Virus record (IMG/VR): IMGVR_UViG_2585427748_000003
Length of the DNA stretch: 13,854 bases
Reading direction: 5' to 3' (one strand)
From: a virus
Lineage: Duplodnaviria; Heunggongvirae; Uroviricota; Caudoviricetes
In this document: positions 6,803-13,735 of the stretch, one piece after another
How the letters are laid out: every line of letters begins with the position of its first letter
Numbering within the stretch: position 1 is the stretch's first letter
Position numbers and translations under genes: made by a program
The notes under the pieces: model-generated
What the model was told of the DNA's origin: nothing
Databases searched by the model: none
Seen by the model: only the letters and a program-made list of their open reading frames with translations

Positions 6803-7109
6803 GAATCATTTGCCTCTTGATGCTTCGGGTATGATCGTTTTCGTCATTTGGTTGCTTCATCGACATATTCTGCGAATAACATGACGAGCGTCGTAAGTAT
6901 GTCCAATCAACATCAGGACGAAGTTCTTCACACAGGACACCACCTTTTGTTGCTCGTTCAATCGCAGGACATCTCTCAGCAGGTAACTGACGTACACCTT
7001 TGATCCATTGATTTACGCTTGGAGGAGATACACCTAAAAGCCTAGCCATTGCTGATTGCCCACCGACAACAGCACAAGCTCGTTTGAATGAATAGTTATC
7101 TTTTTTCAT
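6786..7109 (-). CDS. ydaS: YdaS-like Cro-type HTH protein (first gene of the pR-like operon)
   Basis: Preferred start ATG at 7109 (MKKDNYSFKRACAVVGGQSAMARLLGVSPPSVNQWIKG..) with GGAG SD; the track's longer frame begins at a GTG at 7130. Divergent from the racR-like gene. Confidence 0.7.
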   Translation of the reverse strand: MKKDNYSFKRACAVVGGQSAMARLLGVSPPSVNQWIKGVRQLPAERCPAIERATKGGVLCEELRPDVDWTYLRRSSCYSQNMSMKQPNDENDHTRSIKRQMIHENQT

Positions 7110-7136
7110 CGAATGAACTCCAAAAAACACGCAACA

Positions 7137-7166
7137 ATATTAGGCTTAGCCTAATGAAATTGTCAA
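7137..7166 (-). promoter_or_regulatory. pR-like sigma-70 promoter for the ydaS/ydaT/replication operon
   Basis: Minus strand: -35 TTGACA (plus 7161-7166), 18-bp spacer, -10 TAATAT (plus 7137-7142). Operator A overlaps the spacer/-10 and operator B abuts the -35. Confidence 0.6.
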
Positions 7167-7204
7167 TAGGCTATGCCTAATACATCGAGAGTAGGGATTG
7201 CCTA
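7141..7204. promoter_or_regulatory. OR-like operator cluster: three 13-bp palindromes TAGGC-N3-GCCTA
   Basis: Sites at 7141-7153 (TAGGCttaGCCTA), 7167-7179 (TAGGCtatGCCTA) and 7192-7204 (TAGGGattGCCTA), spaced 25-26 bp centre to centre, in the racR/ydaS divergent intergenic region. Confidence 0.65.
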
Positions 7205-7233
7205 ACGCGATGCGCATAGGAGACTATTAAGCA

Positions 7234-7710
7234 ATGCTTAGTGGTAAAGACTTAGGCCGAGCGATAGAGCAGGCCATTAACAAAAAAATTGCATCAGGAG
7301 CCGTCAAATCAAAGGCGGAAATCGCACGTCATTTCAAAGTCCAACCACCATCAATCCATGACTGGATTAAGAAAGGTTCGATAAGTAAAGACAAACTTCC
7401 AGAACTATGGCGTTTCTTTTCTGATGTGGTTGGTCCAGAGCATTGGGGGCTTAACGAATACCCCATACCAACCCCATCCACTTCAGATACAAAAAGTGAA
7501 CTTTTAGACATAAACAGCCTTTATCAAGCCGCCTCTGATGAAAAAAGAGCAATTGTGGCTTTCATCTTATCTGGAAATGCTACGGAGCCTAGTTGGGTTG
7601 ATCATGACGTTCGCGCCTACATTGCCGCAATGGAAATGAAGGTAGCTAACTATCTGAAAAATCAAGAATCAAAACGGAAAAGCCAGAACATCACCAAGAC
7701 AGGAACTTAA
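7234..7710 (+). CDS. racR: RacR-like prophage repressor (158 aa)
   Basis: ORF MLSGKDLGRAIEQAINKKIASGAVKSKAEIARHFKVQPPSIHDWIKKG.. with AGGAG SD 11 nt upstream; flanked on both sides by the same palindromic operator family; divergent from the ydaS-like gene. Assignment from remembered similarity to K-12 RacR. Confidence 0.8.
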   Translation: MLSGKDLGRAIEQAINKKIASGAVKSKAEIARHFKVQPPSIHDWIKKGSISKDKLPELWRFFSDVVGPEHWGLNEYPIPTPSTSDTKSELLDINSLYQAASDEKRAIVAFILSGNATEPSWVDHDVRAYIAAMEMKVANYLKNQESKRKSQNITKTGT

Positions 7711-7725
7711 ACTTATATGGTCCGA

Positions 7726-7745
7726 CGGGAAATTCCTAGTTCCCG
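7726..7745 (+). terminator. Weak hairpin downstream of the racR-like gene (CGGGAA-N8-TTCCCG); possible terminator
   Basis: 6-bp stem, 8-nt loop, followed by TTAGTTAACT; U-tract is poor. Confidence 0.25.
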
Positions 7746-7786
7746 TTAGTTAACTCCTACTACCTCTCCCACAAACCATCACCTAT

Positions 7787-7843
7787 TAGGTTGCGCCCAA
7801 ATTATTAGGCATAGCCTATTGACAAGTAATTAGGCATTTCCTA
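7787..7843. promoter_or_regulatory. OL-like operator cluster: three further TAGGC-N3-GCCTA-type sites
   Basis: Sites at 7806-7818 (TAGGCataGCCTA), 7831-7843 (TAGGCattTCCTA) and a degenerate one at 7787-7799 (TAGGTtgcGCCCA); they overlap the pL-like promoter. Confidence 0.6.
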
Positions 7844-7847
7844 TAGT
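7819..7847 (+). promoter_or_regulatory. pL-like sigma-70 promoter driving the operon that ends in xis-int
   Basis: -35 TTGACA (7819-7824), 17-bp spacer, -10 TATAGT (7842-7847). The 12-mer GCCTATTGACAA is shared with the pR-like promoter on the other strand. Confidence 0.7.
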
Positions 7848-8028
7848 TTTCCCATACCAACCCATCCCGTCCCACACAATACAGGGCAATACCTCGAGTT
7901 ACCAGGCAGTGGTCAGGGGTTAAGTAGCCAGCCCGAGGCGTAAGAACATGACGGCAGGGTTCAACTTTAATAACTATGCAGCAGGTTTTTGTTCCGCTAC
8001 CCCGGCGTTAAGGGGAAATGAGGTCAGC

Positions 8029-8181
8029 ATGGATACTATCGAGCTTGGCAACAACGAATCTCTGGTATGCGGCGTGTTTCCCAACCAGGACGGCACGTTT
8101 ACCGCGATGACATATACCAGAAGCAAAACGTTTAAAACTGAAGCTGGCGCACGTCGCTGGTTAACCAGAAACACTGACTGA
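8029..8181 (+). CDS. ydaF: YdaF-like small protein (50 aa)
   Basis: MDTIELGNNESLVCGVFPNQDGTFTAMTYTRSKTFKTEAGARRWLTRNTD with GAGG SD 5 nt upstream; first gene after pL. A longer in-frame start at 7948 is possible. Name from remembered similarity to K-12 Rac ydaF. Confidence 0.5.
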   Translation: MDTIELGNNESLVCGVFPNQDGTFTAMTYTRSKTFKTEAGARRWLTRNTD

Positions 8182-8513
8182 TGAGGTTGACGATGGAATT
8201 TAAAGATTTACCAGTCCCATTCCAGGAAATGGCATCGAATGTGGTTCGCTCTCAACTGGCGACTCTTGACCTGAGTACCGTAGAAAAAGAAACCATCGAC
8301 AATATATCCGGTAACGTACGCCGAGCCTTTATCGGGCTGTACGAAGAGAAGCAGCTCTCTGATAACCAGGATTTACATGAAAAATACTTCCTGGATCTAA
8401 TGGACATCATTGATAAGGGGTTTGGCTTGTTAATGAAAAAGAAAGGGATTCGAATAGAACCCCTTGAAAATTACTTTGCAACAAAAAGCATTAATTCTTT
8501 TGATTCAAAATAA
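8181..8513 (+). CDS. Hypothetical acidic protein (110 aa; 106 aa if started at ATG 8193)
   Basis: Start overlaps the ydaF-like stop (TGATG); GAGG SD before the second ATG; AT-rich codon usage unlike the flanking genes. Confidence 0.5.
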   Translation: MRLTMEFKDLPVPFQEMASNVVRSQLATLDLSTVEKETIDNISGNVRRAFIGLYEEKQLSDNQDLHEKYFLDLMDIIDKGFGLLMKKKGIRIEPLENYFATKSINSFDSK

Positions 8514-8766
8514 GAGAATTAATTACAGACTTAACATGCTCTTTCTCATGATTGAAGCTCTCATGATTGAAAGTGCCGGGTTGAAGCGAGTCGATATAAT
8601 CAACAAGACTCTGTCGTACGACTTCATTTTTATCCATAACAGATGCAAGAAATGAAATTGCTAAAAGAGTTATATCACTACGCGCCGCAGCATGTTGCAA
8701 TGCTTTATCAAAATTATTAATCTGGCGTATCAGGGAGTTAATGATTTCATCATTTTCAGTCGACAT
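8491..8766 (-). CDS. Hypothetical protein (91 aa), convergent with and overlapping the 110-aa gene by 23 bp
   Basis: ATG at 8766 (MSTENDEIINSLIRQ..) with strong AGGAGG SD 6 nt upstream. The track's 162-aa version starts at a TTG and has an arginine-rich N-terminus that looks non-coding. Confidence 0.5.
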   Translation of the reverse strand: MSTENDEIINSLIRQINNFDKALQHAAARSDITLLAISFLASVMDKNEVVRQSLVDYIDSLQPGTFNHESFNHEKEHVKSVINSLILNQKN

Positions 8767-9039
8767 TTCACCCTCCTGAGGGTTGGTGATTAAGGAGTTC
8801 TCCACGGGTGAGGTGGAGTGCGTGCGCCGGACACGGGTGAGCATCCGGCACTGACAGTTTACTGAAAGGATATTTCCCTGAAAAGTCAGACCATAACGCG
8901 AAAGCGCACGGCGAGGTAGCTGGTTCATAGATAGCCTGTCGTTAAATTTTCGTCGACCGTGCGCTTCCGGTTGTGGCAATCCGCGAAATGGCGCGGCGGT
9001 AAGTATGGCGGGGTTATTCCTTCCCCCGTTGAGGACACC

Positions 9040-9076
9040 GGGTTGTCAGGTTGACCATACGCTTAAGTGACAACCC
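9040..9076. repeat. Inverted repeat GGGTTGTCA - 19 nt - TGACAACCC in the non-coding stretch of the pL operon
   Basis: 9-bp perfect arms at 9040-9048 and 9068-9076; no adjacent T-run on either strand, so not a canonical terminator. Confidence 0.4.
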
Positions 9077-9328
9077 CGCTGCAACGCCCTCTGTTATCAA
9101 TTTTCTGGTGACGTTTGGCGGTATCAGTTTTACTCCGTGACTGCTCTGCCGCCCTTTTTAAAGTGAATTTTGTGATGTGGTGAATGCGGCTGAGCGCACG
9201 CGGAACAGTTAAAACCAAAAACAGTGTTATGGGTGGATTCTCTGTATCCGGCGTTAATTGTTAACTGGTTAACGTCACCTGGAGGCACCAGGCACCGCAT
9301 CACAAAATTCATTGTTGAGGACGCGATA

Positions 9329-9517
9329 ATGGAAACGTTATTACCAAACGTTAATACGTCTGAAGGTTGTTTTGAAATTGGTGTCAATATCAGTAACCCT
9401 GTATTTACTGAAGATGCCATTAACAAGAGAAAACACGAACGGGAGCTATTAAATAAAATATGCATTCTTTCAATGCTGGCCCGTTTACGTCCGATACAAA
9501 AAGGATGCTGGCAATGA
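9329..9517 (+). CDS. Hypothetical small protein (62 aa)
   Basis: METLLPNVNTSEGCFEIGVNISNPVF..; GAGGA SD 8 nt upstream; its stop overlaps the next start (ATGA). Confidence 0.5.
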   Translation: METLLPNVNTSEGCFEIGVNISNPVFTEDAINKRKHERELLNKICILSMLARLRPIQKGCWQ

Positions 9518-9705
9518 ATACAGCATTTGCACTTGTTCTGACAGTTTTTCTTGTTTCCGGAGAGCCAGTTGATATTGCAGTCAGTGTTCACAGGACAATG
9601 CAGGAGTGTGTGACTGCAGCAACCGAACAGAAAATTCCCGGTAACTGTTACCCGGTCGATAAAGTTATTCACCAGGATAATAACGAAATCCCGGCAGGTC
9701 TTTAA
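9514..9705 (+). CDS. Small exported or membrane-anchored protein (63 aa)
   Basis: MNTAFALVLTVFLVSGEPVD.. has a signal-peptide-like hydrophobic N-terminus; AAGGA SD 8 nt upstream of ATG 9514. Confidence 0.55.
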   Translation: MNTAFALVLTVFLVSGEPVDIAVSVHRTMQECVTAATEQKIPGNCYPVDKVIHQDNNEIPAGL

Positions 9706-9797
9706 AACAGTTCCGTAATAAATATCCGGTTTCATTCTTATATGCCAGCAATGGCAGGGATTTGTTCACCCTTAAATCTGTAATGAGGTAAAACAAA

Positions 9798-12212
9798 ATG
9801 AGTAAAGTCTTTATTTGCGCCGCCATTCCGGACGAACAGGCAATAAAGGAAGAAGGTGCCGTCGCTGTAGCCACTGCCATTGAAGCCGGTGATGAACGTC
9901 GCGCCCGCGCAAAATTTCACTGGCAATTCCTGGAACATTATCCGGCTGCTCAGGACTGCGCTTATAAATTTCTTGTCTGCGAGGATAAACCCGGTATACC
10001 CCGCCCTGCCCTCGATTCCTGGGATGCTGAATATATGCAGGAAAACCGCTGGGATGAGGAGTCTGCTTCCTTTGTCCCGGTTGAGACTGAATCCGATCCG
10101 ATGAACGTCACTTTTGACAAGCTGGCCCCTGAAGTACAGAACGCTGTCATGGTTAAGTTCGACACATGTGAAAACATCACCGTTGATATGGTTATTAGCG
10201 CACAGGAATTGTTGCAGGAAGACATGGCAACATTCGACGGACATATCGTTGAAGCGTTGATGAAAATGCCAGATGTTAACGCCATGTATCCGGAGCTTAA
10301 GCTGCATGCCATCGGGTGGGTTAAGCATAAATGTAAGCCTGGTGCCAAATGGCCCGAAATTCAGGCAGAGATGCGCATCTGGAAAAAACGTCGCGAAGGT
10401 GAACGCAAGGAAACCGGAAAATACACGTCTGTTGTTGATCTCGCCCGCGCCAGAGTCAATCAACAGCACACTGAAAATTCAACAGGAAAAATCAGCCTGG
10501 TCATTGCTGCCATTCATCGCGAATACAAGCAGACATGGAAAACACTGGATGACGAACTGGCCTACGCTCTCTGGCCTGGTGATGTGGATGCCGGAAACAT
10601 TGACGGCAGCATCCATCGCTGGGCAAAAAATGAAGTTATCGACAACGACCGCGAAGACTGGAAGCGTATCTCGGCATCAATGCGCAAACAGCCTGATGCC
10701 CTTCGCTACGACCGCCAGACTATTTTTGGCCTTGTCCGTGAACGTCCGATCGACATTCACAAAGACCCTGTGGCACTGAACAAATACATTACTGAATACC
10801 TGACTACAAAGGGCGTGTTTGAAGATGAAGGAAGAAATCAGAGCGCAACTGATACTCTCTCGTCGCCAGTACCAGAAACTGATGCAGTGGAAACGGCAAT
10901 TCCGGACAACGAAAAAACCGAATGCAAAGTGGAAGTCGAACCATCTGTAGAGCGTGAGGGGCCGTTCTACTTCCTCTTCACCGACAAGGATGGCGAAAAA
11001 TACGGTCGCGCAAACAAACTTTCTGGTCTGGATAAGGCACTGGCTGCCGGGGCTACTGAAATCACGAAAGAAGAATATTTCGCCCACAAAAACGGTACAT
11101 ACTCAGGTTCACAACAAAATACTGGTGCATCTGACACGACCGCACAACCAGGGCCGGTAAAAGTTACCGCTGACGAAGTAAACAAAATTATGCAGGCAGC
11201 CAATATCAGCCAGCCTGACGCCGATAAGTTGCTTGCTGCCTCTCGCGGAGAATTTGTTGCAGGGATTAGCGACCCGAATGATCCGAAATGGGTTAAGGGG
11301 ATCCAGACCCGCGATTCTGTAAACCAGAACCAGCATGAATCGGAACGGAACTACCAAAAAGCGGAACAAAACAGCCCAAATGCGTTACAAAACGAGCCAG
11401 AAACGAAACAGCCTGAACCAGTGGCGCAACAGGAAGTGGAAAAAGTCTGCACCGCCTGCGGTCAGACCGGCGGCGGCAATTGCCCTGATTGTGGCGCGGT
11501 GATGGGCGACGCAACATACCAGGAAACATTCGATGAAGAGTATCAGGTTGAAGTTCAGGAAGATGATCCGGAGGAAATGGAAGGCGCTGAACATCCACAC
11601 AAGGAGAACACTGGCGGCAATCAGCATCACGATAGCGATAATGAAACTGGCGAGACGGCAAATCACTCAATTAAGGTGAACAGTCATCACGTAATCACAT
11701 CCACCAGCAGGACGTGTGACCATCTAATGATAGACCTTGAAACCATGGGAAAAAATCCTGATGCCCCGATCATCTCAATAGGTGCAATATTTTTCGATCC
11801 GCAAACCGGAGATATGGGACCGGAATTTAGTAAGACTATCGATCTGGAAACTGCTGGCGGAGTCATTGATCGGGACACCATTAAATGGTGGCTTAAGCAA
11901 TCACGCGAAGCGCAATCTGCCATTATGACCGATGAAATCCCGTTAGATGATGCACTGTTACAATTGCGGGAATTTATCGACGAAAACTCCGGTGAATTTT
12001 TTGTTCAGGTCTGGGGAAATGGAGCCAACTTCGACAACACGATTTTGCGCCGTTCATACGAACGGCAGGGGATCCCCTGCCCGTGGCGTTACTACAACGA
12101 TCGCGATGTACGCACAATCGTTGAGCTGGGGAAAGCCATAGACTTCGATGCCAGAACGGCTATTCCATTCGAAGGTGAGCGCCATAATGCACTTGATGAC
12201 GCCCGTTACTAG
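9798..12212 (+). CDS. RecE/exodeoxyribonuclease VIII-like protein with a C-terminal DnaQ-like DEDDh 3'-5' exonuclease domain (about residues 644-804); ends at an in-frame TAG
   Basis: 804-aa ORF, GAGG SD 9 nt upstream, placed immediately upstream of xis-int as recE/exo is in lambdoid prophages. C-terminal motifs LMIDLETMG (Exo I), VWGNGANFDNT (Exo II), HNALDDARY (Exo III); Cys4 zinc-ribbon-like CTACGQTGGGNCPDCG in the linker. The RecE-like assignment of the N-terminal/linker region is from memory. Confidence 0.8.
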   Translation: MSKVFICAAIPDEQAIKEEGAVAVATAIEAGDERRARAKFHWQFLEHYPAAQDCAYKFLVCEDKPGIPRPALDSWDAEYMQENRWDEESASFVPVETESDPMNVTFDKLAPEVQNAVMVKFDTCENITVDMVISAQELLQEDMATFDGHIVEALMKMPDVNAMYPELKLHAIGWVKHKCKPGAKWPEIQAEMRIWKKRREGERKETGKYTSVVDLARARVNQQHTENSTGKISLVIAAIHREYKQTWKTLDDELAYALWPGDVDAGNIDGSIHRWAKNEVIDNDREDWKRISASMRKQPDALRYDRQTIFGLVRERPIDIHKDPVALNKYITEYLTTKGVFEDEGRNQSATDTLSSPVPETDAVETAIPDNEKTECKVEVEPSVEREGPFYFLFTDKDGEKYGRANKLSGLDKALAAGATEITKEEYFAHKNGTYSGSQQNTGASDTTAQPGPVKVTADEVNKIMQAANISQPDADKLLAASRGEFVAGISDPNDPKWVKGIQTRDSVNQNQHESERNYQKAEQNSPNALQNEPETKQPEPVAQQEVEKVCTACGQTGGGNCPDCGAVMGDATYQETFDEEYQVEVQEDDPEEMEGAEHPHKENTGGNQHHDSDNETGETANHSIKVNSHHVITSTSRTCDHLMIDLETMGKNPDAPIISIGAIFFDPQTGDMGPEFSKTIDLETAGGVIDRDTIKWWLKQSREAQSAIMTDEIPLDDALLQLREFIDENSGEFFVQVWGNGANFDNTILRRSYERQGIPCPWRYYNDRDVRTIVELGKAIDFDARTAIPFEGERHNALDDARY

Positions 12213-12333
12213 GCAAAATACGTTTCAGTTATCTGGCAAAAACTGATCCCGAGTCAGGCTGATTTTTAATGTTCAACCCCGGTCGTTGCCCACCAGCTAT
12301 AGTGGCGGCGACCATGATTAGCGAACGACGCCC

Positions 12334-12582
12334 ATGGCAAGACTTATTCTGCTCACTGAGTGGGCAAAAGAGGAATTCAGTGAACCGGTCCCTACTCCGG
12401 GCACGTTAAGTAAATACGCTAAAGCCGGAATGATATTTCCTCTCCCCAAAAAAGTTGGAAGACGCTGGCGAGTGGATCCGCAAGCTCGCTTTGTCGGAAT
12501 GGTAAACAAGCCGGAGGTGATCGCCACAGATCACCCTGCTTTGAAGAGGATACTGGAAGATGGCGCGCCCGCGAAAATATAA
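12334..12582 (+). CDS. xis: Excisionase-like protein (lambdoid prophage Xis family)
   Basis: 82-aa basic protein directly upstream of int, overlapping it by 23 bp, as is usual for xis-int pairs; no convincing SD. Confidence 0.6.
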   Translation: MARLILLTEWAKEEFSEPVPTPGTLSKYAKAGMIFPLPKKVGRRWRVDPQARFVGMVNKPEVIATDHPALKRILEDGAPAKI

Positions 12583-13690
12583 AACCGATGTTCCGGGATT
12601 ATCTCCGTATTTTGACAAAAGAAATAACAAAGTTTACTGGCGTTACAGGCATCCCATAACAGGCAAAAATCACGGTCTCGGCAGTATTGACCAGAAACTG
12701 GCGGAAACCATTGCAGCAGAAGCGAACAGCCGTCTTGCCAGACAACAAATGGAGCAAATGCTCAGTCTGCAGGAGAAAATTATTAATGATACCGGCGGTT
12801 CATCAACCGTTTCCATTTTTCTGAATAATTACAGAAAAATTCAACAGGAAAGATATGAAAACGGAGAAATCAAACTCAACACGCTGAAACAGAAAGCGGC
12901 CCCTCTCAGGGTTTTTGATGAACGTTTTGGCACCAGACCGTTAGATGCCATAACCGTAAAGGATGTGGTATCGGTGCTGGAAGAGTACAAGTCCAGAGGA
13001 CATAACAGAATGGGACAAATTTTCAGGAAGGTACTGATCGATGTTTTCCGGGAGGCTCAGCAAACGGGCGATGCCCCGCCAGGCTTTAATCCTGCAGAAT
13101 CGGCAAAAAAACCACAGGTGCGGATATCAAGACAGCGACTGACTTTTGATGAGTGGACGATGATTTATAACGCAGCGGAAAAGGATGGTTACTTTTTACA
13201 GCGCGGTATGCTGCTGGCACTGATGACAGGCCAGCGCCTTTCAGATATTTGCAAAATGCAATTTTCGGATATCCGGGATGGTTATCTTCATGTCGAACAG
13301 CAAAAAACAGGAACCCGGATTGCCATCCCTCTGGCTCTGCGTTGCGATAAATTAAATCTCACCCTGGATGATGTGGTGTCATCCTGTCGCGATTGCGTTC
13401 TTAGTCCGTGGCTATTGCACCATCATCACGCGAAAGGGACAGCTAAGCGCGGCGGGATGGTTAAGCCAGCAACGTTAACCGTTGCATTTAAAAAAGCGCG
13501 GGATTCTGTGGATTACAACTGGCGTGCTAATGGCACCCCACCCTCTTTCCATGAGCAGAGATCTTTATCAGAGCGATTGTTCAGAGAGCAGGGAATTGAT
13601 ACCCAAATTTTGCTGGGTCATTCGAATCAAAAAATGACCGATATTTACAACGATGCACGCGGCAAGGAGTGGAAAAAACTGGTCATTTGA
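12560..13690 (+). CDS. int: Lambda-family tyrosine integrase
   Basis: 376-aa ORF with lambda Int-like architecture and catalytic-region blocks (..LALMTGQRLSDICKMQFSDIRDGYLHVEQQKTGTRIAIP.., ..PPSFHEQRSLSERLF.., ..LLGHSNQKMTDIYNDARGKEWKKLVI); GAGGA SD. Confidence 0.9.
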   Translation: MARPRKYKTDVPGLSPYFDKRNNKVYWRYRHPITGKNHGLGSIDQKLAETIAAEANSRLARQQMEQMLSLQEKIINDTGGSSTVSIFLNNYRKIQQERYENGEIKLNTLKQKAAPLRVFDERFGTRPLDAITVKDVVSVLEEYKSRGHNRMGQIFRKVLIDVFREAQQTGDAPPGFNPAESAKKPQVRISRQRLTFDEWTMIYNAAEKDGYFLQRGMLLALMTGQRLSDICKMQFSDIRDGYLHVEQQKTGTRIAIPLALRCDKLNLTLDDVVSSCRDCVLSPWLLHHHHAKGTAKRGGMVKPATLTVAFKKARDSVDYNWRANGTPPSFHEQRSLSERLFREQGIDTQILLGHSNQKMTDIYNDARGKEWKKLVI

Positions 13691-13696
13691 TGACCA

Positions 13697-13731
13697 GTTT
13701 TGCAGAGGAGTTTTGCAGAGATTTTGCAGAG
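13697..13731. repeat. Three tandem copies of a 10-bp core TTTTGCAGAG between the int stop and the ompW stop; candidate Int arm-type or accessory binding sites
   Basis: Cores at 13698-13707, 13711-13720 and 13722-13731 (periods 13 and 11 bp). Confidence 0.55.
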
Positions 13732-13735
13732 AAAA

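Noticed and set aside
2917-7208. 11-mer TTGCCTAACGC shared between the XRE-gene upstream region (2917-2927) and the racR/ydaS operator region (7198-7208)
   Set aside because: An exact 11-mer match is expected many times by chance in a 14-kb window, and the surrounding symmetry differs (CTTGC-N5-GCAAG versus TAGGC-N3-GCCTA); not treated as evidence of shared regulation.
7855-8028. N-utilisation (nut) site or boxA/boxB element in the pL leader
   Set aside because: No boxA-like CGCTCTTA or boxB hairpin found; the leader is C-rich but shows no recognisable antitermination site, and there is no N-like gene.
8491-8979. 162-aa version of the minus-strand ORF
   Set aside because: Requires a TTG start and adds an arginine-rich, low-complexity N-terminus; the internal ATG at 8766 has a perfect AGGAGG SD, so the 91-aa form is preferred.
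9130-9735. 201-aa minus-strand ORF
   Set aside because: Runs antisense across the two SD-supported plus-strand small genes and the non-coding stretch, has no SD, and its Cys/His-rich low-complexity product looks like a spurious frame.
9738-10469. 243-aa minus-strand ORF, and other antisense ORFs inside the exonuclease gene (9880-10104, 9962-10348, 10677-11087, 11293-11670, 11385-11666, 11687-11923)
   Set aside because: All lie fully inside the well-supported 804-aa plus-strand gene; typical long antisense frames in GC-rich coding sequence.
12213-12333. Possible recT/bet-like annealase gene between the exonuclease and xis
   Set aside because: No ORF of any useful length in any frame in this 121-bp gap; the annealase is absent here, and I could not find one elsewhere in the window.
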